Assembly (NCBI GenBank): GCA_937980205.1 | Contig: CALJKW010000016.1 | Span: 201,735 to 265,734 of the forward strand | DNA length: 64,000 nt | Direction of reading: 5' to 3' | Source of the DNA: an uncultured Myxococcales bacterium | GTDB taxonomy: Bacteria; Myxococcota; Myxococcia; Myxococcales; Myxococcaceae | In this document: piece by piece, positions 1 through 8,448 of the stretch | Layout: each line of letters opens with the position of its first letter | Position numbering within the stretch: the first letter of the stretch is position 1 | Program-made: the position numbers and the translations under genes | The notes under the pieces: model-generated | Databases searched by the model: none | Told to the model about the DNA's origin: nothing | What the model saw: only the letters and a program-made list of their open reading frames with translations

Positions 1-648
1 TTCCGCGAGGAGACGTTCGATCTCATGCAGGTGGCGCGCGCCGCGTCTTCGATCGACGTCGACGGCGATGGCGCCGGCGATCTGTCGGGAGAGCTCGGGT
101 TCCTGGGCAACTCGCTCGGGGCGATGATGGGCGCGTCGTACTTCGCGGTGGACGAGCGCATCCGCTACGCGGTGCTCAACGTGCCGGGCGGCGGGCTGGC
201 GAACATCCTGGTGAGCCAGGTGAACAAGGACCTCATCGGCCTGCTGATGGTCTCGAAGACGGGCGTCGTCTTCGACAGCGCCGAGTACCACAGCTCGTTT
301 CCGCTCATCCGCGCAGTGTCGCAGTCGTTCCTCGAGAGCGCAGATCCGGTGAACGTGTTCGCGCTGGTGGATCGCAGCCGTGCGGTGCTGATGCAGATGG
401 GCGTGGGCGACTTCACGATCCCCAACGGCACGACGCTCGACCTGCGCGGCGCGGGAGCGCTGCCGGAGCCGACGGCCTCGGCCTCGGGCTCGACGCCGCT
501 CCGGGCGTTCACGCGGTTCGATCCCCGGAAGTACGGCCTGCCCGAGCGGTACGACGGGCACAACGTGATCGCCGACGTCCCGGCGGTTCGCGAACAAGCA
601 CTCGACTTCTTACGGTCGAAGGGCACTACATTGACGGTGCCTCCATGA
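1..648 (+). CDS. Alpha/beta-hydrolase fold protein (esterase/lipase-like). The 5' end lies outside the window.
   Basis: The reading frame is open from position 1 (FREETFDLMQ...) to the stop at 646-648. It contains a GNSLG nucleophile-elbow (GxSxG) motif. The 3' end overlaps the start of the next gene by 4 nt. Confidence 0.55.
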   Translation, partial: FREETFDLMQVARAASSIDVDGDGAGDLSGELGFLGNSLGAMMGASYFAVDERIRYAVLNVPGGGLANILVSQVNKDLIGLLMVSKTGVVFDSAEYHSSFPLIRAVSQSFLESADPVNVFALVDRSRAVLMQMGVGDFTIPNGTTLDLRGAGALPEPTASASGSTPLRAFTRFDPRKYGLPERYDGHNVIADVPAVREQALDFLRSKGTTLTVPP

Positions 649-968
649 GTCACAAGCGGCACGTCCTTGGTCCTGCGAATCTGAAAGAGGGAGACCTGCG
701 CGGCTACCCCGTCGGCAAGCGCAACGTCCTCGTCGCCTGCGTCGGTGGGAAGGTGAAGGCGCTCGACGACTGGTGCAACCACGCCGGGTGCCTGCTCTCG
801 GGCGGCCGCATCGAGGGGAACATGGTGGTGTGCCCGTGCCACGAGGTCGGGTTCGATCTCGACACGGGGAAAAACGTGACGTCGCCGGGCATCTGCGACG
901 ACCAGACGCGCTACGACACCGAGGTGCAGGACGGTCAGCTCGTGGTGATCGACTTCCCGGAAGTGTGA
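645..968 (+). CDS. Rieske [2Fe-2S] domain protein
   Basis: 107 aa carrying both Rieske boxes, CNHAGC (CxH) and CPCHEVG (CPCH). The ATGA start overlaps the stop of the upstream hydrolase. Confidence 0.7.
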   Translation: MSHKRHVLGPANLKEGDLRGYPVGKRNVLVACVGGKVKALDDWCNHAGCLLSGGRIEGNMVVCPCHEVGFDLDTGKNVTSPGICDDQTRYDTEVQDGQLVVIDFPEV

Positions 969-971
969 CGC

Positions 972-1841
972 ATGTTGTCCGAGGCTCGCGCGCGGGCGTT
1001 GAAGCCGCTGCTGGATGCGTTCTCGACGCGGCCCGAGCTGTCGGAGCGGAAGCGGTTCGATCCGATCGAGTTCCCGGGGCGCTTCTCGAACCCCCGCGAC
1101 GTCGAGGTGGCCGGGCTGCTGGGCGCCGCGCTCGCGTACGGGCGGGCGGATCTGTTCAAGCCGAAGGTCGATTCGCTGCTGTCGGTGATGGGCGGCTCGC
1201 CGGCCGCGTTCGTCGCGGAGCTCACGGTGCCGCGGGCGGCGAAGCTGCTCGACGGGTTCGTGTACCGGTTCAACCTCGGCGCCGACGTCGCGGTGCTGCT
1301 GCTCGGCATGGGGAAGGTGCTGCGCGAGCGCGGCTCGCTCGAGGCCGCCTTCGTCGGAGAGACGCAGCACGGGCGGCTGTCTTCCTTCTGCTCGACGATT
1401 CGTGAGTCGGCGCCGCTGCGCGAGATCCTCCGGCGCGTGGGCCCGACGCGCGGGCTGGCGCACCTGCTGCCGTCGCCGTTGGGTGCTGGCGCAGCGAAGC
1501 GACTGAACCTGTACCTGCGGTGGATGGTGCGTGGGCCCGACGGCACCGACTTCGGCGTGTGGAAGAGGGTGAAGCCGGCGGAGCTGGTGATTCCGCTCGA
1601 TACGCACGTGATGCGCATGGCGCGGCTGCTCGGGCTCACGGCGCGGAAGGACGCGACGTGGCGGACGGCGGAGGAGGTGACCGCCTCACTGCGCCTGCTC
1701 GACCCGGCGGATCCCGTTCGGTACGACTTTGCGCTGTGCCACTACGGCATGAGCGGCGCGTGTCCTGCCGTGCCGGTGCGGGTGAACTGCGTGCGGTGCG
1801 AGCTGAAGAAGGCGTGCCGGCGCGGTCGCGCACTGGCGTGA
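972..1841 (+). CDS. Conserved hypothetical protein, TIGR02757/DUF2400-like, with a Cys-rich C-terminus
   Basis: 289-aa ORF with non-low-complexity composition. It starts 4 nt after the Rieske gene stop. The family assignment is from memory only. Confidence 0.5.
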   Translation: MLSEARARALKPLLDAFSTRPELSERKRFDPIEFPGRFSNPRDVEVAGLLGAALAYGRADLFKPKVDSLLSVMGGSPAAFVAELTVPRAAKLLDGFVYRFNLGADVAVLLLGMGKVLRERGSLEAAFVGETQHGRLSSFCSTIRESAPLREILRRVGPTRGLAHLLPSPLGAGAAKRLNLYLRWMVRGPDGTDFGVWKRVKPAELVIPLDTHVMRMARLLGLTARKDATWRTAEEVTASLRLLDPADPVRYDFALCHYGMSGACPAVPVRVNCVRCELKKACRRGRALA

Positions 1842-1848
1842 GGCGCAC

Positions 1849-2225
1849 CTCGCCCCAGCTCGCGGGCGTGGAGGGAGGAAGAGTGGCTCAGCTCCAGGGC
1901 CTTCCTCGCTGTGGTCGCGCGTGGCATGACGCTGCGGCTATCGGTGGGACGGCGGTTGTTGAGCCCGTTTCGCCGAGGCCGCCCCGAAGGCGGTGAGGTG
2001 TGCGGGGGCACACTTTTTCCTGCGCGCATCCCCTAAACATTTAGGGGGTGCTCGCACGAAAAACTCTGGCCGTGGGACCCCTGCGCCTCGGGGCCCAGGC
2101 CCGCACGGCGTCGGAAACCGCCGTCCCTTCAGCAGCCAGGGCGCCAGGCCGTGAGCTGCGGCGGCGACTCAGGCTGAGGAGCTGAGCCACTCTTCGGCCC
2201 TCCAGGCCTGGAGCTGGGGCGAGCG
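1849..2225. repeat. Inverted-repeat, MITE-like element of about 377 bp. Its roughly 60-bp imperfect terminal inverted repeats (1849-1915 and 2150-2225) flank an AT-rich perfect palindrome CCCCTAAACATTTAGGGG at 2030-2047.
   Basis: Both arms share the core GGAAGAGTGGCTCAGCTCCAGGGCC, the second as its reverse complement. A third related copy lies at about 43490-43560. The element sits between two convergent genes. Confidence 0.5.
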
Positions 2226-2236
2226 CGGCCTCTCGC

Positions 2237-3724
2237 TCAACTGAGCCGGAAGATCGACTTCAGCCGCCGCAGAATCTCGTTCGCCTTCGCACCCTCGGGC
2301 GCGTTCGCGCCGGTGGCGCTCGCTACCGCGTCGAGCTCCGAGCGTCGCTGCGCCAGCAGCTCGGACAGCTGCTGCGCGCGCTCGGGGTTCTCGGCGAAGT
2401 GCTTGCTGAACACCTGGCGGTCGAGCTCCAGCACGACGACGTCGCTGGTCGCGACGACGGTCGCCGACCGGGGCTCGCCGGTGAGCAGCGACATCTCTCC
2501 CAGGTATGCGCCGCGGGAGAGCCGCGCGATCTCGTTGCCTCCTCGCGCGACGGCGACCTCGCCCGAGACGATCACGTAGAACGTGTGCCCATCGTCGCCT
2601 TCGCGGATGATCGCTTCGCCCCTGCCGAAGCGGCGCTCGACGGCAGCCCGGGCGAGCTCGGCGCGCTGCTCGGAGGAGAACGGCGTGAACAGGTCGAGGC
2701 CCGAAAGGAGCGTGAGGTGTGGGCTGGCCGCCTGCTGCGCCTTCATGTGCACGACGCGCTGCGGGTACGGAATCTCGATGCCTGCCCGCGAGAACCGGTA
2801 CCACAGGCGGGTGTACGCCTGATCGACCGCGTCGGGCTGAGAACGGTAGTCCGCGATGTAGAAGCGGACGAGGTACGTCACCGCCGAGTCGGCGAAGCGC
2901 GACACCAGGCAGACCGGAGCGGGCGTCTTCAAGATGAGCGGCACGTCGGCGAGCGCGCTCACCACCTCTTCGCGAACGACGTTCGGCGGCGTCGCGTACG
3001 AGACGCCGACCTCGAGATCGAGCGCCACCGGCTGGCCACCTCGCGTGTAGTTGCGTACCGGCTGCTTCGCGAGGTTGCTGTTCGGGACGGTCACCTCTTC
3101 CGACCTGAACGTCTCGATGCGCGTCGCTCGCCACGCGACGTGCACGACGCGACCCTCGTGCTCTCCTGCCGAGATCCAATCGCCGGCGCGGAACGGCCGC
3201 TCGAGCTGCAGCGCGAGGCCGGAGAAGACATTGCCGAGGGACTCCTGCAGCGCGAGGCCGAGGACGACGGAGAGAATCGCCGACGTCGCGAGCAGCGAAG
3301 TCAGATCGATGTCGAGCTGCGTCTTGAGGATCGGGATCGCCGCGACGACGTAGAGAACGAAGTCGAGGACGTCGCGGAGGATCTTCGGTGTGCCGCCGAC
3401 GTTGATGCGGCGGTACGTCCACAACGCGAACGCTACGGTCGTGCGCACGGCGCCGAACGCGAACGCGAGCATCCAGATGACGCGAGAGGCCTTGTCGATC
3501 GCCGCGAACCCGAGCGCGTCGAACGCGTAGTCCATGAGGCGCAGCGCGAGCCACGTCACGAGCCAGCCGAGTGCGCCGCGCAGGTCGGACTTGAGTTGCT
3601 GCTCCTTCGCCAGCGCACGAGCGAACGCGACGAAGATCAGCAGGACCACGCCGATCACGAGCGCCGTGTTCCCCTGCAGAAAAGGCATCAAGGCGCGTCG
3701 GCCCTTAGCATAAGAAGCCGGCAT
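2237..3724 (-). CDS. Mechanosensitive ion channel (MscS family) with a C-terminal cyclic-nucleotide-binding domain
   Basis: N-terminal transmembrane segments, the MscS beta-domain motif (LGNVFSGLALQLERPFRAGDWI) and a C-terminal cNMP-binding-like region (GEMSLLTGEPRSATVVA). Confidence 0.8.
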   Translation of the reverse strand: MPASYAKGRRALMPFLQGNTALVIGVVLLIFVAFARALAKEQQLKSDLRGALGWLVTWLALRLMDYAFDALGFAAIDKASRVIWMLAFAFGAVRTTVAFALWTYRRINVGGTPKILRDVLDFVLYVVAAIPILKTQLDIDLTSLLATSAILSVVLGLALQESLGNVFSGLALQLERPFRAGDWISAGEHEGRVVHVAWRATRIETFRSEEVTVPNSNLAKQPVRNYTRGGQPVALDLEVGVSYATPPNVVREEVVSALADVPLILKTPAPVCLVSRFADSAVTYLVRFYIADYRSQPDAVDQAYTRLWYRFSRAGIEIPYPQRVVHMKAQQAASPHLTLLSGLDLFTPFSSEQRAELARAAVERRFGRGEAIIREGDDGHTFYVIVSGEVAVARGGNEIARLSRGAYLGEMSLLTGEPRSATVVATSDVVVLELDRQVFSKHFAENPERAQQLSELLAQRRSELDAVASATGANAPEGAKANEILRRLKSIFRLS

Positions 3725-4745
3725 GGCACTGAGCGAAGTCCAGGGGCAGACCCGCGCGATCTCGGCGCTGGAGAAGTCGCTCGGCTCGGGCCACGTTCAC
3801 CACGCGTGGCTCTTCATCGGGCCCGAGGGGGTCGGCAAAGAGCTCACCGCCGTCGGCCTCGCGCAGGCGCTGACGTGCCCCGAGAAGCCGAACGTCGGGT
3901 GCGGGCAGTGCTCGAGCTGCCAGCGCGTGCTGCGCCGCAATCACCCCGACGTGACCTGGGTGCTCACCGAGCACTCGCAGGTCGAGCGCGGCATCATGGG
4001 CCGCGGCGACTTCGATCACACGCCGTCGCGCGACATCAAGGTCGAGCAGGTGCGCGCGCTCGGAGAGCGCCTCGCGTTCCGCCCGCTCGAAGGGCAGCAC
4101 AAGGTCGCGCTGCTCATCGACGCCGACGCGATGAACCCGCAGGCGCAGAACGCGCTGCTCAAGACGCTCGAAGAGCCTCCGAAGGGCACGGTGCTCGTGC
4201 TCACGACGGCGATGCCCGACAAGCTGCTGCCGACGATTCGCTCGCGCTGCGCGAAGGCGCAGTTCGGCCCGCTGCCCGAGGCGCTGCTCGTCGAGAAGGT
4301 CTCCGCGAAGCGAAAGCTCGATCTCGAGGTCGCCACCCAGGTGGCGCGGCTCGCCGGCGGCTCGCTCTCCCGCGCGCTGGAGATGGACGTCAAAGGGCTC
4401 GAGAAGCGCCGGGAGATCATCGAGGCGTTCGAGGCGCTCAGGCGCGACGACGCGCGCGGCTGGCTCGCGTTCGCCGAGACGTACGGCGACGGCCGCCCCG
4501 AGGCCGAGCACGCGCTCGACGTGCTGCAGGTGTGGCTGCGCGACGTCGTCGCCGCCCAGGCCGGGGCGACCTCGCTGGTGAACTCCGACCTCCGCGAGCT
4601 CGCGATGAAGGCGGCCGCGAAAGACGCCGCGCCCGCGCTGCTGCGGCGGATGACGGTGCTCGACGAGGCGAAGAACGCCATCACGCAGCGCAACGGCGCC
4701 GTGCGGCTGCAGCTCGAGCGGATGTTGATCGAGATGCTCGCGTGA
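3723..4745 (+). CDS. holB: DNA polymerase III subunit delta-prime
   Basis: AAA+ Walker A-like GPEGVGKE and a CGQCSSCQ zinc module. The length of about 340 aa and the arrangement match holB. Confidence 0.8.
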   Translation: MALSEVQGQTRAISALEKSLGSGHVHHAWLFIGPEGVGKELTAVGLAQALTCPEKPNVGCGQCSSCQRVLRRNHPDVTWVLTEHSQVERGIMGRGDFDHTPSRDIKVEQVRALGERLAFRPLEGQHKVALLIDADAMNPQAQNALLKTLEEPPKGTVLVLTTAMPDKLLPTIRSRCAKAQFGPLPEALLVEKVSAKRKLDLEVATQVARLAGGSLSRALEMDVKGLEKRREIIEAFEALRRDDARGWLAFAETYGDGRPEAEHALDVLQVWLRDVVAAQAGATSLVNSDLRELAMKAAAKDAAPALLRRMTVLDEAKNAITQRNGAVRLQLERMLIEMLA

Positions 4746-6043
4746 CCCAGCGCTCGGCGCGAAGCAGCGAGCGAAGTCTGCTCGCTGCGGAGCAGGGCGA
4801 CCCCAGCTCGCCCGTGGGCCGAGCGCCAGACAGCGAGGGCCGACGGCCTCCGCCCGCGGGGACGATCGCGCTGCTCTCGACGCTCTACTTCGTGCAGGGC
4901 CTGCCGTACGGCTTTCAGGAGAGCGCGCTGCCGGGCTTCCTCACCAAGCTCGGCGTCTCGATGGCCGCGGTGGGCGCCGCCAGCGCGCTGTCGTGGCCGT
5001 GGGCGCTCAAGCCGCTCTGGGCCCCGGTGGTGGACCGGTACGGCTCACGCAAGGCGTGGATCCTGCCGCTGCAGCTGCTGCTCGCGCTGGCGTGCGTCGC
5101 CGCGGCGTTCAGCGAGCCGTCGGCGTCGCTGACGCGGCTCATCGTGATCGTGCTCGTCATGAACGTGCTCACCGCGACGCAGGACATCGCCGTCGACGGC
5201 TACGCGGTCGATCGCCTCGGCAAGGAGGACCTCGGCTACGGCAACGCCGCGCAGGTCGTCGGCTACAAGATCGGCATGCTCGTGGGGGGCGGCCTGCTCT
5301 GGGCCTGGTACGCCGAGCTGAAGTGGCAGGGCGTCTTCTTCGCGATGGCCGCGTGCTGCCTGTTCGGCATGGCGGTGCTGTCGGTCTCTCGCGAGGTGCG
5401 GCCCGCGGTGGCCGACGCGGCCGAGAAGATGTCGTGGCGCGAGCTCGTGCAGCGGCTCAAGGCGGTCATGGCGCTGCCCGGCACCGGCTGGCTCATCGCG
5501 TTCGTCGCGACCTACAAGATGGGCGAGGCGCTCGCGAACAAGATGTTCACGCCGTTCCTCGTGAAGCAGCGCGGCCTCGAGCCCGAGGTGGTGGCGTCGT
5601 GGATGGGCACGTGGGTGATGGGCGCGTCGCTGCTCGGCTCGCTCTTCGGCGGAGTGCTCGCGAGCCGCATGCGCCTCGTGCGCGCGGTGGCGGCCGCGGC
5701 GGCGTTCCGCGTGGTCGGCCTCGTCGGGCAGTGGGCGCTGGTCGCGGGCGTCGTCGCGGTGACGAGGGTGAGCGTCATCGCCATCGCGGCGATCGAGCAC
5801 TTCTTCGCCGGCGCGCTGACCGTGTGCATGTTCTCGCTGATGATGTCGAAGGTCGACAAGCGCATCGGCGCGACGCACTACACGCTGCTCGCGGCGATCG
5901 AGGTGTGGGGCAAGGCGCTGCCCGCGCTGGCCTCGGGTGTCCTGGTCGAGGCGGTCGGCTTCGCGAACACGTTCCTCGTCGCCGTCGCGCTGTCGGTGGC
6001 GTTCCTCGGACTCGCGGCGCCCATGCGGCGCGCGAAGGAGTAG
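4742..6043 (+). CDS. MFS transporter, AmpG-like (muropeptide/lysophospholipid type)
   Basis: Twelve transmembrane-type hydrophobic segments and the AmpG-like N-terminus LYFVQGLPYGF. Candidate GTG starts at 4742 (GTGA overlap with the holB stop) or 4814. The 1214-aa ORF in the track is an upstream extension of this frame. Confidence 0.65.
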   Translation: MTQRSARSSERSLLAAEQGDPSSPVGRAPDSEGRRPPPAGTIALLSTLYFVQGLPYGFQESALPGFLTKLGVSMAAVGAASALSWPWALKPLWAPVVDRYGSRKAWILPLQLLLALACVAAAFSEPSASLTRLIVIVLVMNVLTATQDIAVDGYAVDRLGKEDLGYGNAAQVVGYKIGMLVGGGLLWAWYAELKWQGVFFAMAACCLFGMAVLSVSREVRPAVADAAEKMSWRELVQRLKAVMALPGTGWLIAFVATYKMGEALANKMFTPFLVKQRGLEPEVVASWMGTWVMGASLLGSLFGGVLASRMRLVRAVAAAAAFRVVGLVGQWALVAGVVAVTRVSVIAIAAIEHFFAGALTVCMFSLMMSKVDKRIGATHYTLLAAIEVWGKALPALASGVLVEAVGFANTFLVAVALSVAFLGLAAPMRRAKE

Positions 6044-6055
6044 AGTGGCGCCGCC

Positions 6056-6568
6056 ATGGCGGGGTCGATTCCGATGACGCTGCTCGCGCGACAGCTCGCG
6101 CTGCTGGGGGACAGGTTCAAGACGCGGTACCCGCACCCGTGGCTCGTCTGGGAGCCGAACGGCAGCGTCCGCGCCGCTGACGCGAAGGAGGCCGACGCCG
6201 GCCGCACCCACGTGCCGAAGGGCGGAGCGCGTTCGCGCCCCGAAGGCTCCGACGCGATGTGCTTCGCCGTCGGCCCGGACAAGCAGGTGAGGGTGGGGCG
6301 CGCGACGAGCAACGACATCGTCATCGACGACATGACGATGTCGCGGGAGCAGTTCCTCCTCTTCCAGGAGGGCGACACCTGGCACCTCGCGCTCGCCGAG
6401 CCGGTCACCTGCGCGACGTTCGTGCGGAGAATGTCGGTTCAGCCGAAGAAGCCCGTGTTCCTCGTCGACGGCTGCACCATCGCCGCCGGGGACGTCGAGC
6501 TCACGTTCTACGAAGGCGCCAGCATCGTCGACCGGCTGCAGAGCGAGCTGAAGCGGCAGGGCGCGTGA
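6056..6568 (+). CDS. FHA domain-containing protein
   Basis: FHA core motif VRVGRATSNDIVIDDMTMSREQFLLF; 170 aa. Confidence 0.7.
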   Translation: MAGSIPMTLLARQLALLGDRFKTRYPHPWLVWEPNGSVRAADAKEADAGRTHVPKGGARSRPEGSDAMCFAVGPDKQVRVGRATSNDIVIDDMTMSREQFLLFQEGDTWHLALAEPVTCATFVRRMSVQPKKPVFLVDGCTIAAGDVELTFYEGASIVDRLQSELKRQGA

Positions 6569-7011
6569 ACCCGCTGCCGGAAGAAGCGCTCGTCCCGCCG
6601 CGGGCCCGCACGGTGCTGGTGTTCGCCGAGCTGACCGCGGCGGTGAGGGCTCGGCTGACCGGGCGCGGCGCCGCGCTCGTCGACGCCGAGAGCCTGCTCG
6701 GCGCGGTCGCGCTGCTCGCGGATCGCGACTTCGACGCGGCGATCCTCGACATGGAGCTGAGCTCTGCCCTGGTGCAGCGGCTCAAGTCCGGCAGCGGCGT
6801 CATCGACGACGTGCCCGACGAGCTCTGCGCGAAGGCGCGCGAGCGCCACCGGCTGACTCCGTTCTTTCTGACGATGGGCGCCGGCTTCGCGATCGTCGTC
6901 GACCCTCCGGAGCACAGCTACCTCGAGGGCGGCAAGGGCCTGAGCCTCGCGGACGCGGTGATGACCCTCGACGTGAGCAAGCTCGTCATGCGCGGAGCCG
7001 CGCTGGCCTGA
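6565..7011 (+). CDS. Hypothetical protein with a response-regulator-receiver-like (possibly pseudo-receiver) fold
   Basis: GTG start in a GTGA overlap with the FHA gene stop. TVLVFAE...DAAILDMEL resembles a CheY-type receiver but lacks the N-terminal acidic pair. Confidence 0.4.
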   Translation: MNPLPEEALVPPRARTVLVFAELTAAVRARLTGRGAALVDAESLLGAVALLADRDFDAAILDMELSSALVQRLKSGSGVIDDVPDELCAKARERHRLTPFFLTMGAGFAIVVDPPEHSYLEGGKGLSLADAVMTLDVSKLVMRGAALA

Positions 7012-7080
7012 GCCGCTCGTGCTCCGGGACGTCACGGCTCAGGAACCTCGCTCGATCGGGCTGGAGCCCCCTCTGCTTTC

Positions 7081-8445
7081 GTGCTTCAACGCCGCGGCGT
7101 GAGCGACGAGCTCGAAGACGCACTGCAGGCGATCGACGCCGACGACGAGTCGCCCGTCTACCTCCTCTGGGGAGAGGAGTACCTCGTGCGCAAGGGCGCC
7201 GAGGCGCTCGTCGACAAGCTCGTGCCGAACGCGGCGGCGGGCCTGAACCTCGTCACCGCCGACGGCCTGTCGCCGAAGGAGGTCGCCTCCGAGCTCGCGA
7301 CGCTGCCGCTGTTCCCCGGGCGCAAGGTCGTGCTGGTGCGCGATCCCGAGTGGCTCGCTCCGAAGAAGGGCCGCGTCGACGCGCTCGGCAAGTCGAAGGA
7401 GGCGTGGAAGCTCAACCGCCGCAAGGAAGCCGCGCGCCGCGTGCTCGCGATCGCCGCGCGCGCCGGCTGGGGCCCCAGAGAGCTCGACCCGGCCGACCCC
7501 GACGCCTGGGAGCGCGAGCTCGGCATCTCGCTGTCGGGGCCGGACCTGCAGTTCCTCAAGGAGATCTCCGAGTTCTGCCTCGCCGAGGGGCTCACCGCGC
7601 CGCAGGGCGACGAGGGCGCGCTCACCTCGCTGCTCGAGAAGGGCGCCGGCAAGGGGCAGATCCTCGTCATCGCCGCGACCGATCTCGAGTCGAAGTCTCC
7701 GTTCGTGAAGCTGGTGAAGGACAAGGGCACCTTCATCGAGCGCAAGGTCGCCGCGAAGCTCAAAGATCTCGACCTCACCGAGTTCGTCGCCGAGACGCTC
7801 GAGCCCTACAAGAAGAAGCTCGGGCCGGGCGCGCTGGAGAAGCTCAAAGACCGCGTCGGCGGCAACTTCCGCCTGCTCGCCTCCGAGCTGCAGAAGCTCG
7901 CGCTGTACACCGAGTCTGCGACCATCACGCAGAAGGACGTCGACTTCCTCGTCGGCCACGCGCGCGAGGAAGAGTACCTCGAGCTGTCCGACGCGCTGCA
8001 GAAGCGCGACTACGACGCGACGATGAAATACCTGAACGAGGCGATCGCGCAGGGCAACGCGCCGCTGCAGCTGCTCGGCGCCATCACCAGCATCGTTCGC
8101 ACGCTGCTGATGAACCACGAGCGCATGGTGCAGCTCTCCGGCGGCAAGCCGCCGCGCAACTACAACGACTTTCAGGCGCGGGTCTTCCCCCAGATCGAGG
8201 CCGAGGCGAAGGCGGCGAAGATCCGCGTCCCGCACCCGTACGCCGCGTTCATGGGCATGCAGGCCGCCGCGCAGTACGGCCGCAAGGTCCTGCTCGCGGG
8301 GCTCGAGAGCTGCGCCGAGTCGGACCTCGCCTTGAAGTTCGGAGGCGACGAGCTCGTGCTCGAGCGCCTCGTCTGGACGCTGTGTGGCCGTGCGTCCGTG
8401 TGGGACTCCGGCCTCGCCCAAATCCGCCGGGAACAGGAGCGCTGA
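7081..8445 (+). CDS. holA: DNA polymerase III subunit delta
   Basis: N-terminal delta-type motifs (YLLWGEEYLVRKGAEAL...LPLFPGRKVVLVRD) and a delta C-terminal region. At 454 aa it is longer than the E. coli protein. Confidence 0.7.
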   Translation: MLQRRGVSDELEDALQAIDADDESPVYLLWGEEYLVRKGAEALVDKLVPNAAAGLNLVTADGLSPKEVASELATLPLFPGRKVVLVRDPEWLAPKKGRVDALGKSKEAWKLNRRKEAARRVLAIAARAGWGPRELDPADPDAWERELGISLSGPDLQFLKEISEFCLAEGLTAPQGDEGALTSLLEKGAGKGQILVIAATDLESKSPFVKLVKDKGTFIERKVAAKLKDLDLTEFVAETLEPYKKKLGPGALEKLKDRVGGNFRLLASELQKLALYTESATITQKDVDFLVGHAREEEYLELSDALQKRDYDATMKYLNEAIAQGNAPLQLLGAITSIVRTLLMNHERMVQLSGGKPPRNYNDFQARVFPQIEAEAKAAKIRVPHPYAAFMGMQAAAQYGRKVLLAGLESCAESDLALKFGGDELVLERLVWTLCGRASVWDSGLAQIRREQER

Positions 8446-8448
8446 CTC

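Noticed and set aside
2030-2047. CCCCTAAACATTTAGGGG palindrome as a bidirectional rho-independent terminator
   Set aside because: The T-runs precede the hairpin on both strands instead of following it. It is better explained as the core of the inverted-repeat element or a protein-binding site.
2399-6043. 1214-aa ORF in the track spanning holB, the MFS transporter and upstream sequence
   Set aside because: Only the last about 430 codons (from 4742) encode a coherent membrane transporter. The upstream portion is Arg/Ala/Gly low-complexity translation running antisense to the real mscS gene, which is typical of a stop-free frame in 70%-GC DNA.
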